DNA of 41,089 nucleotides. It comes from Novosphingobium sp. (GTDB taxonomy: Bacteria > Pseudomonadota > Alphaproteobacteria > Sphingomonadales > Sphingomonadaceae). A model generated the notes under the pieces. The model worked only from the letters and a program-made list of their open reading frames with translations. It ran no database searches and was not told the origin of the DNA. The stretch is taken from assembly GCA_044379435.1 (NCBI GenBank), contig JBIPOH010000001.1, positions 1 to 41,089 of the forward strand, read 5' to 3'. A program made the position numbers and the translations under genes. Positions 9,015 through 16,329 of this stretch are shown one piece after another; the stretch's first letter is position 1, and every line of letters begins with the position of its first letter.

Positions 9015-9427
9015 TTGTCCCGATCACCTCCACTTGGCAACCGCGCATCGAGCGCGATGCCCGGACGCGCGACCTGCAGATTGACGGGGTCCTTCTTGTG
9101 CGGGGCAAGCGCCCGGCCGACATCACGGATGGTATGGGTCTCGACCCCATCGACCCGCTCGATCACATCACCAGCCCGGATGCCTGCCGTTTCCGCCGGT
9201 CCGCCGCTCTTTACACTGGTGACCACCAGCCAGCTGTCCGGCCTGCCGGAACTTCCGGTTTTGTCCGACCCCTGCGCCTCGAACGTTAGCCCCGCCAGTC
9301 GAGGGCGCTCGGGCGCACCGGCAAGATGAAGCGCCAGCAAAGCGGCTCCGCAAACCGCCAGAATCGCGAGCGGAAACACCAGGGCCACAGCTAGCGTGCG
9401 CAGAGGCTGAGGTGGGATTCCGTCCAT
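9011..9427 (-). CDS. membrane-anchored single PDZ-domain protein
   Basis: N-terminal TM helix, LAGLTF carboxylate-binding loop and GPAETAGIRAGDVIERVDG PDZ signature; no protease domain. Confidence 0.8.
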   Translation of the reverse strand: MDGIPPQPLRTLAVALVFPLAILAVCGAALLALHLAGAPERPRLAGLTFEAQGSDKTGSSGRPDSWLVVTSVKSGGPAETAGIRAGDVIERVDGVETHTIRDVGRALAPHKKDPVNLQVARPGIALDARLPSGGDRDK

Positions 9428-9433
9428 GACAAT

Positions 9434-9489
9434 CGTTTAGCACCCGTGGGTGGCCGCGACATTTTCTCCGGGATTACAAATCTGTAATG
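9434..9489 (-). promoter_or_regulatory. UzcR/CopR-like box plus -10 of the PDZ-RR-HK operon (probably leaderless)
   Basis: Minus strand reads cATTACA-gatt-TGTAAT (9489-9473), 33 nt, TAAACG (9439-9434), 6 nt, ATG 9427. Confidence 0.7.
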
Positions 9490-9506
9490 TTGCGGATCGA
9501 GCAACC

Positions 9507-11702
9507 TCAGAACGTCTTGTTGACCCCGAAGAAGACCCCACGCCGCGCGCCAAATTGGGGCGCGCCAACGCCGACACCGGAGCCATCACGCAGCAGGTAA
9601 ATCTTGTCGAAAACGTTGACCACATCCAGCCGGAGGGTCAGCCCCTTGAGCGGGCTTTCGCTCTCGATCTTCTGGGAAATCCCCATGTTGACGGTGAAGT
9701 AGGACGGCAGCTTGCCGCCATTGGGCACCACACCCGCCGGATCGTCTGCACGCAGGCCATCGCCATAGACGAAGGTCATCGCGGGCACGAGACGGCCGAG
9801 CCCGTCGTGAAGGGTTGCAGAGGCACCGCCCGAGGCCGTCCAGCGCTGCGAATGGTCGGTGAAGATCGAGTTGTTGGAGATGTAAGCCAGTTCGTCCGGT
9901 GCAAAGAAATACTGGCTGGAGACGATATTCCGACCCTTCTCCTGCCCGCGCGCGACATTGGCAAAGAGATCGAACGGCCCGTGAATGTAGCTGGCGCTCA
10001 GTTCCACGCCCCAGGCGAAACCAGTGGCATAGTTGAAGGGCGAAAGCACAAGCGAGGGACCGAACTGCCCTTCATCGAGCAGATTGCGCTTCTTCTTGTA
10101 GTAGGCATCGAGCCCCAGCTTGAAGCCGGGGGCGAGGACCTGTTCGATGCCGCCGTCGATATAGTGTTCGCGTTCGGCGCGGACGGGGTCTGCGGTGGTT
10201 ATCTCGGTCTGTTTGGTCGTGCCGGTGAACAACGCCAGGGTCGGTGCGGCAATCAGTTCCTGCGGCGGCGGTGTGAAATTGCGGGCATAGCCAAGGTGGA
10301 ACGTGGTGCCATTACCCGGTCGCCAGACGAAATTGACGCGCGGGCTCAGCTGCTGTTCGCGCGTATAGGCCCGCACCGCATCGTAGCGCGCGCCGTAGTT
10401 GAGCGTGAGCTCAGGCGTGAGCGACCATTCGTCCTGAACGTAAAGCCCATAAAGCTGGCCATTGCGCCCGCCGCGGTCGGCAATCGTCAGCGGTGCATCG
10501 GACGTCTGATGGCCATCAGCGTCAACCGGAAAGACTTGCGAGGCGACATCGAACCGGGTCCGCTCGTTCTGCAAGAACAGCCCGAAGCGCAGCGTGTGCT
10601 GGTCCGAAAGCTTGTAGCTGCCATCGGCCTGCAGACCGGCCGTCAGGCTCGAAAGCCGGGTTCTGTCGGCAACGCCCGCGAGGATCAGATCACCCCCTCG
10701 CGGATCCGGAAGGTAGCGCGTCTGCGAATAGCGGACGAACGGCGCGATCTCGAAATTGAGATCGCCCGCGCCATACTGATAGGCCAGCACCCCATAGTGC
10801 GTGATTTCGCGCTGGTTCTGATCGAGCTTCGACGAATCGAAGGCGTTCTGGCCATTGAGGGTAAACTGCCCCGGCTGGTCGGGATTGTTGGGAATCTCGA
10901 AGGTGCCAATCGAGGTGCCGCCAAAGGCCGTAATCCGGCTCGTGTCCGAGAGGACGTCCGACAGATAACCGAAGCCGCGGTACTGACGCGTGCGATCATG
11001 GATGGCATCGCGCGCGCTGGTGGTGTTTTCGACCCCGAGATCGTTCTGAAGGTAGCTGCCCGAGGCGAAATAGCTGATGTTGCCGGATGCGCCATTGATC
11101 GAGGCGCTGGGCTGGATCGTGCCGTGGCTGCCACCATAGACGCCGATCTCGCCGCCGTTCTCGAACCGGCCCGCGCCTGTCTTGATATTGACCACGCCCG
11201 AAGTGCGATAGCCATACTGCGCCGGAAGCGTTCCCGTCAGCAGATCGATCGAATCCGCTATGCGCGGATCGAAAGTCGCCCCGAAGCCGGAAATGCTTTC
11301 CGGCACGATCACTCCGTTGAGCCGATATTGCAGGTTGGCGTGCTCGTTGCGGACGTGGATCGACCCATAACTGTCGAGCGCAACACCGGGCACTTGCAGC
11401 AGAACCTGCGCCAGGCTGCGGTTGGGACCTCCCGGCTGAGTGTCGAGCATGGTGCGGTTGATCAGGTAGTCGCTCGCCCCGAGCGAAGGACGGATGGCAT
11501 CGCGCGCCTCATCGAGCCGCTTGGCGGTGACGACGATTTCACTGGCCGGACTGGCAGCTTGATCAACGGTGGGCACGGGGGCCGTCTGGGCGAACGCACA
11601 AGCGGGAAGGAGCGCCGCGATGGCGGCGCCAATCCGGCACAGCCCGGCTGGGCCAAGCACCATCATCTCCTGTGCGCGGGATGCAGAACCCATCATCTTC
11701 AC
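9507..11702 (-). CDS. TonB-dependent outer-membrane receptor
   Basis: Signal peptide, TonB-box-like EIVVTA, plug (QVPGV...QYRLNG...GVVNIKT), NVFDKIY and C-terminal Phe; exact start uncertain (11702, 11696 or later). Confidence 0.92.
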   Translation of the reverse strand: MKMMGSASRAQEMMVLGPAGLCRIGAAIAALLPACAFAQTAPVPTVDQAASPASEIVVTAKRLDEARDAIRPSLGASDYLINRTMLDTQPGGPNRSLAQVLLQVPGVALDSYGSIHVRNEHANLQYRLNGVIVPESISGFGATFDPRIADSIDLLTGTLPAQYGYRTSGVVNIKTGAGRFENGGEIGVYGGSHGTIQPSASINGASGNISYFASGSYLQNDLGVENTTSARDAIHDRTRQYRGFGYLSDVLSDTSRITAFGGTSIGTFEIPNNPDQPGQFTLNGQNAFDSSKLDQNQREITHYGVLAYQYGAGDLNFEIAPFVRYSQTRYLPDPRGGDLILAGVADRTRLSSLTAGLQADGSYKLSDQHTLRFGLFLQNERTRFDVASQVFPVDADGHQTSDAPLTIADRGGRNGQLYGLYVQDEWSLTPELTLNYGARYDAVRAYTREQQLSPRVNFVWRPGNGTTFHLGYARNFTPPPQELIAAPTLALFTGTTKQTEITTADPVRAEREHYIDGGIEQVLAPGFKLGLDAYYKKKRNLLDEGQFGPSLVLSPFNYATGFAWGVELSASYIHGPFDLFANVARGQEKGRNIVSSQYFFAPDELAYISNNSIFTDHSQRWTASGGASATLHDGLGRLVPAMTFVYGDGLRADDPAGVVPNGGKLPSYFTVNMGISQKIESESPLKGLTLRLDVVNVFDKIYLLRDGSGVGVGAPQFGARRGVFFGVNKTF

Positions 11703-11755
11703 AGTCCGTTATGAGATCTCTGCCACCGCTCGCGCAGTCGGGGACCGCAGGATGA

Positions 11756-11793
11756 ACCGTTTCAACCGCGCATCGCGGCGCTGTTGAAACGGT
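11756..11793. repeat. intergenic stem-loop between the barrel gene and the TonB receptor gene
   Basis: ACCGTTTCAAC ... GTTGAAACGGT 11-bp arms enclosing a short GC-rich spacer. Confidence 0.6.
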
Positions 11794-11805
11794 CCGAACA
11801 GGTCG

Positions 11806-13185
11806 TCAGAAATAGCCGATGAGGCTGAAGGCGCCGTACTTCGTGTCACCATCAGGCGGCGCATTGGGGGCATCGGCAAAGAACGGACCCTTGCGCAGAT
11901 AGGTCAAGTCCACCTCGGCGCGCAGCACTTTGGGTATGACCCAGTACCGCCCGCGCACATCGTATTGCTCACCGGCATACTTGCGTGCCTTGCCGCTGGG
12001 GTCGCGGACGTTGGTCGAAGCAAAGCCATCGGTAACGCTCGGCACGAACAGCGAGCGAAACTCCAGCAAGCCGTCAAAGCGCTTGCTCGGCGTCACCTCC
12101 AACCGCACCCCGGGAGAGGTGATGTTGGCACGGTTGACTTCGCTGTAGATACCGCTTGGCGCGAAATCGAGCGGCGCATTGCCCTGCAAGGTATCGAAGC
12201 GGCCATAACTGCCGGTTGGTTGGCTGCCCGATGCGTGGTCGTATTCCAGCGAAAGGTGCGGCGCCCACGAACCGCCGAACGTCTTGCCGACAGCGAGGTG
12301 AGTGAACGATGCCGCCACTTTCTGCGTGGAAGCGCCAGGCACCGCACTGCTGGAGATGTGTCCGAACTGGAACGCGTGCTCAGCCTCCCAATCAAGTTTG
12401 CCCGGGCTTGGATTGCGGAAGAGACGCAGATTGATGGTGTGCAGATTGCGATCCCGCGTTTGCAGGCTGGGACGATCGTGCTCGGCAAAGCGGAAGTACC
12501 CGACATCGAACTTGGTATCGGCCATCAGCTTGGGCGACGTGGCATAGGCGCCCCACAGCACCGACGCGGTCGATTCCTTGTCGAGCTGGACCTTGTTGTC
12601 CAGGAGGCCGGTCTTGTCTGCAGGCAGGCGGAGCTGCGGCATCAGCCAGAACATGGTCAATGCTCCGCCGGTCTTGCCCACAAAGTCCGTGCGCAGGCCA
12701 GTTACGCCGTTGGTGGTGTTGCGAAACTCCAGCCCGCTCAGCAGTCGCCCCGAGCCCAGCGTCATGGTCATGCGCCCGGCCTGGAACGACGTTTTCGTCC
12801 CCGATCCCAGAACGTCGCCCAGGTTGGCGCCGATATAGGCCTGCACAGGTTCGAACGCGTTGACTTCATTGGCGGTCACCGGGCTGAGCGGCCCGGCGTT
12901 GTAAACCCGCGCGTCGCGAAGTTCGCCCCCGATGCGCAGCGGACCCTTGGTGTAATCGACCATCAGGGTGGTGCGCAGGCTGACGATCTGGGACGATGGC
13001 TCGAACCCCGTTCGGGCTTGGCCATCAACGGATTCGTATCGCACCCGGGTGCTTCCGGCTACCTTGAGCCCATCCGGATTGCCCAACAGAGCCTGCAGGG
13101 TCGGCGGATTGTCGTTGGCAAAGGCGGTCCCGCAAGACAGGGCAACAGTGAAGGCCGCAACAGCGGCGCGAATAGCCGTTTTCAT
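11806..13185 (-). CDS. alginate export (AlgE-like) family outer-membrane beta-barrel
   Basis: Signal peptide, RVRYE, ELRDAR, QAYI, AGRMTMTLGSGRL and YDHASG motifs; C-terminal YF; TGATG coupling to the carbonic anhydrase stop. Confidence 0.82.
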   Translation of the reverse strand: MKTAIRAAVAAFTVALSCGTAFANDNPPTLQALLGNPDGLKVAGSTRVRYESVDGQARTGFEPSSQIVSLRTTLMVDYTKGPLRIGGELRDARVYNAGPLSPVTANEVNAFEPVQAYIGANLGDVLGSGTKTSFQAGRMTMTLGSGRLLSGLEFRNTTNGVTGLRTDFVGKTGGALTMFWLMPQLRLPADKTGLLDNKVQLDKESTASVLWGAYATSPKLMADTKFDVGYFRFAEHDRPSLQTRDRNLHTINLRLFRNPSPGKLDWEAEHAFQFGHISSSAVPGASTQKVAASFTHLAVGKTFGGSWAPHLSLEYDHASGSQPTGSYGRFDTLQGNAPLDFAPSGIYSEVNRANITSPGVRLEVTPSKRFDGLLEFRSLFVPSVTDGFASTNVRDPSGKARKYAGEQYDVRGRYWVIPKVLRAEVDLTYLRKGPFFADAPNAPPDGDTKYGAFSLIGYF

Positions 13186-14018
13186 CAATGGCTCCCCAGC
13201 AGGAAGCGGCGATCAAGCGGCTGAAGCGGGCGGGCGTTGAACGGGAACAGCTTGGCGAACTGCTGCACTTGCGCCGCAGATGCCGTGATCGGTGTGCGCA
13301 GGACCACCCAATCGACGGATTCGGTGCAGGGCGGCGTGGTCAGCGAACCTTCGTAGCGATCAAAGCCATGGTTCTTGGGCAGCAAGGCTCGGGGATCGAA
13401 AGGCGCGCCATCGGTGGTCTTCCCGGCTGACGCAGGAATGGCATCCAGCAGTTTCTGCAAGGTGGGGTTCGCCGCACCCTCGCTCACCAGCACACCGATC
13501 ACGCCGATGCGCCCGTCCGGCATCTTGTGGACGAAGTGGATTTCGAGCGGGAAGCGTTCACCGTTCAGCAAGTGCTCGCTCGGGTGGTGAATGTGGAACT
13601 GGGCGAGCGCGTAGCTGCTGCCCATCATCGAGAAACTGTTTCCGGCCGGGGCGTCATACTGCACGGTGTGGCCGTTGTTGGTCGCATGGATCGGCATGGG
13701 CGACCACTTGATCCCGAGAGTTCCCAGATCAGCGGGAATCACGCCCTTGAGATCGATCGGGCTTTCCTGCTGGCCCGTGTTGCACACGCTGTAGGCCGAA
13801 CTGAGTTCAGACCAGTGGTCCGGCCCGCCGGGACCGGCGTAGCCCCATTCGGCGTGCTCGCTGGCCGCGTGAACCGCCGGGGCTGCGGCTGCTGCCGTCT
13901 GCGTATCCCTTGCGGTGTCCTGCGCCTGCGGGGCCGCATTGGCAGACAAGCCCATCACGATGCTGGTTGCCGCCAGCGCATAGACCCCCATGCGGAGTTT
14001 TTGCCGGATATTCCTCAT
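13185..14018 (-). CDS. cah: periplasmic alpha-class carbonic anhydrase
   Basis: WGY...GPDHW, QESPIDL, NNGHT, QFHIHHPSEH and EIHFVH (three Zn-ligand His), YEGSLTTPPC, NARPLQP; signal peptide; GGAGG RBS. Confidence 0.95.
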   Translation of the reverse strand: MRNIRQKLRMGVYALAATSIVMGLSANAAPQAQDTARDTQTAAAAAPAVHAASEHAEWGYAGPGGPDHWSELSSAYSVCNTGQQESPIDLKGVIPADLGTLGIKWSPMPIHATNNGHTVQYDAPAGNSFSMMGSSYALAQFHIHHPSEHLLNGERFPLEIHFVHKMPDGRIGVIGVLVSEGAANPTLQKLLDAIPASAGKTTDGAPFDPRALLPKNHGFDRYEGSLTTPPCTESVDWVVLRTPITASAAQVQQFAKLFPFNARPLQPLDRRFLLGSH

Positions 14019-14076
14019 AAGTCCTCCAGTTAAGGTCGGCTGTTCATGCCGACTTTGTGAGTTTGCTCATGAGGGG

Positions 14077-14131
14077 CAGATAGATGGGCCTCCTGCTCCG
14101 GATGGTGGCAGGCACATTAAACAACTGTAAC
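14077..14131 (-). promoter_or_regulatory. UzcR/CopR-like box plus -10 of the carbonic anhydrase operon
   Basis: Minus strand reads GTTACA-gttg-TTTAAT (14131-14116), 33 nt, TATCTG (14082-14077). Confidence 0.65.
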
Positions 14132-14250
14132 CCGGGGCGGTCCGATCATGGACGCAGGTGCGGGCAGATCCCGAATGGATCGTCCGCCGCGATTTCAGTC
14201 CCCCGTGAAGACCTGTGCCGAGGGGCATTCCGGCCCCAACGGCGGCTCCA

Positions 14251-14877
14251 TCAGAACAGGCTGGGCTGCCCGGTGGCCGGTGCGCCCTGCGGTATCTCGC
14301 GCATCAGATGATCGGCCAGCGGCTGCTGCAGGGCCGCTGCGGCTGCAGCGTCTGCGGTCAGCCAGCGCGTGCACATCGCGCCGGGGCGCAGGATGACCGG
14401 CATGGCCTTGGGGTGCACCCGGCCCACCGTGTCGTTCGGCGCGCAAGTGAGGAACGCGAAGCGCGGCCCATCCTCTGCCTGTCGCCACAGACCGGCGAAG
14501 GCAAACAGCGGATCATCCGGCAGATCGAACCAGTGCTTGTGCTTGCGACCCGTCTGCGGATCGGGGGCAGCGGACCATTCCGAAAACGCCGTGACGGGCA
14601 CCAGACACCGCCGCGCCGGATCGACCAGCGCGCTGCGCCATAGGGGCGAGGCAAGATTGCGCACGTTGGTGATCGGGCGCCTGATCTCGCCAAACGGAGG
14701 CCAGCCCCAGCGCATCATGTGAAGCCGGCCTTGGCTGGTGGCCGCGCTGATCACAACCGGGGCTTCGCTGTCCGGGTAAATCTCTTCCAGCGCCGGCAGA
14801 TTGCGCCCTCCGGCATCGGCCCCGAAAAGCTGCGCAATGGCTTGCGCGTTGCTGGTCATGCGATAGAGATTGCACAT
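14251..14877 (-). CDS. SOS response-associated peptidase (SRAP/YedK/HMCES family), abasic-site protection
   Basis: Start MCNLY gives the catalytic Cys2; also MRWG, TNVR, RRCLVP..FSEW, FAFAGLW and HPKAMP. Confidence 0.92.
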   Translation of the reverse strand: MCNLYRMTSNAQAIAQLFGADAGGRNLPALEEIYPDSEAPVVISAATSQGRLHMMRWGWPPFGEIRRPITNVRNLASPLWRSALVDPARRCLVPVTAFSEWSAAPDPQTGRKHKHWFDLPDDPLFAFAGLWRQAEDGPRFAFLTCAPNDTVGRVHPKAMPVILRPGAMCTRWLTADAAAAAALQQPLADHLMREIPQGAPATGQPSLF

Positions 14878-14908
14878 AACAGACGCGAGCATAGCGGGAG
14901 AGAACGCG

Positions 14909-15676
14909 ATGGCCACCCAGATCCGCCCCAATATCCATTGCAGCGAGGCCGAATGGCAGGCGCGGCTGGAACTGGCGGCCTGCTACCGCATCTTCGATCT
15001 GATGGGCTGGTCCGAATCGGTCTACAACCACATCTCGCTGCGCGTGCCGGGCGAAGATGGCGCCTTCCTGATCAATCCGTTCGGTCTGCTCTATTCCGAG
15101 GTCTGCGCCAGCAACCTCGTCAAGATCGACATCGACGGCAACAAGCTGGACGACAATCCGCATCCGGTGAACCTCGCCGGGTTCACCCAGCACGGCTATT
15201 TCCATCGCCACCTCGATTGGGCGCATGCGATCTGCCATGTCCACACCACGGCATCGATGGCGGTGTGCAGCCTTGAAGAAGGGCTGATGCCGATCAATTT
15301 CTACGCCTGCAATTTCATCGGGCGGTTGGCCTATCACGATTTCGAGGGCATCACCGTGCGCGCCGAAGAAGGCGAGCGGCTGCTGGCCAATCTGGCGGAC
15401 AAGAACATCCTGATGCTGCGCAACCATGGCCCGGTGGTCATGGCCAAGAGCCTGCAGGCGATGTTCGTGCAGATGTGGGCGCTGCAGCGGGCCTGCGAGA
15501 TCCAGATGGCCACGCTGTCGATGGGCCGTCCGCCGGTAATGATCGGGCAGGACGTGATCGCCGTGCACCAGCGCGATCTCAGCCTGGCTAACCCGCCGGG
15601 CGGCGGGCCGGGCGTGGGTGATTTCAACGCCTGGACGCGGCGGATCGACCAGATCGACCGCTCCTGGCGGGATTAA
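14909..15676 (+). CDS. class II aldolase/adducin family protein
   Basis: NHISLRVPG, FLINPFG, HVHT and LRNHG motifs; GGGAGAG RBS before ATG 14909. Confidence 0.9.
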   Translation: MATQIRPNIHCSEAEWQARLELAACYRIFDLMGWSESVYNHISLRVPGEDGAFLINPFGLLYSEVCASNLVKIDIDGNKLDDNPHPVNLAGFTQHGYFHRHLDWAHAICHVHTTASMAVCSLEEGLMPINFYACNFIGRLAYHDFEGITVRAEEGERLLANLADKNILMLRNHGPVVMAKSLQAMFVQMWALQRACEIQMATLSMGRPPVMIGQDVIAVHQRDLSLANPPGGGPGVGDFNAWTRRIDQIDRSWRD

Positions 15677-15720
15677 GCCCCTTGCGGGCACGCCGGGCGG
15701 CGGGCTAGGTCCGCGCCGCC

Positions 15721-16230
15721 ATGGCCATCCTCACAGTCAACAACCAGCCGATCGAGATCAAGCTGGAGGCCGACACCTCGCTGCTATGGGCGCTGCGCGA
15801 TGCCGCCAACCTCACCGGCACCAAATATGGCTGCGGTACGGGGGAATGCGGCGCCTGCATGGTCATCGTCGATGGACAGGCGATGCCGAGTTGCACGTTG
15901 TCATTGGGCGAGGCTGAAGGGCGCACGGTCACCACGATCGAGGGCCTTTCGGCTGATCGCAGCCACCCGTTGCAACAGGCTTTCGTGGCGGAACAGGCTA
16001 TCCAGTGCGGCTTTTGCACGCCCGGCCTGATCATGGCTGCTGCCGCGCTGCTCACCCAGAACACTGACCCGACCGAAGCCGATATCAAGGCCGCGATCAC
16101 CAATATCTGCCGCTGCGGCGTCTATCCGCGCCTGGTCCGCACGATCCAGCGCGCCGGGCGCATTGCGCGCGGTTTGGAACCGGGCGTGCCGCTGCCGGTT
16201 CCGACAACGGCCACGACGCCGGGACTTTGA
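15721..16230 (+). CDS. (2Fe-2S)-binding subunit of a molybdenum hydroxylase (IorA/CoxS-like)
   Basis: GTKYGCGTGECGAC, QCGFCTPG and NICRCG motifs. Confidence 0.9.
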   Translation: MAILTVNNQPIEIKLEADTSLLWALRDAANLTGTKYGCGTGECGACMVIVDGQAMPSCTLSLGEAEGRTVTTIEGLSADRSHPLQQAFVAEQAIQCGFCTPGLIMAAAALLTQNTDPTEADIKAAITNICRCGVYPRLVRTIQRAGRIARGLEPGVPLPVPTTATTPGL

Positions 16231-16239
16231 TCTGTGGAG

Positions 16240-16323
16240 GCGGCACCGGCCCGCTCCTCCCGCCCGACGACCCACGAGCGTACCCTGAATGGGTGGTCGG
16301 GCGGGGAAGCGGGCTGGTGCCGC
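16240..16323. repeat. long imperfect palindrome (REP-like element or bidirectional terminator)
   Basis: Arms of 35 and 34 nt (16240-16274 and 16290-16323) with few mismatches and a 15-nt loop, between convergent genes. Confidence 0.8.
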
Positions 16324-16329
16324 TCTATC

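Noticed and set aside
9722-9730. TGGGCACCA match to the tRNA 3' end as a possible attR
   Set aside because: Only 9 bp and inside an intact CDS; expected by chance
9450-11714. 754-aa plus-strand ORF
   Set aside because: Antisense shadow of the TonB receptor; no motifs, and long shadow ORFs are expected at high GC
11806-13185. Alginate biosynthesis locus
   Set aside because: No alg8/alg44/algK-type genes are present; only the barrel family matches
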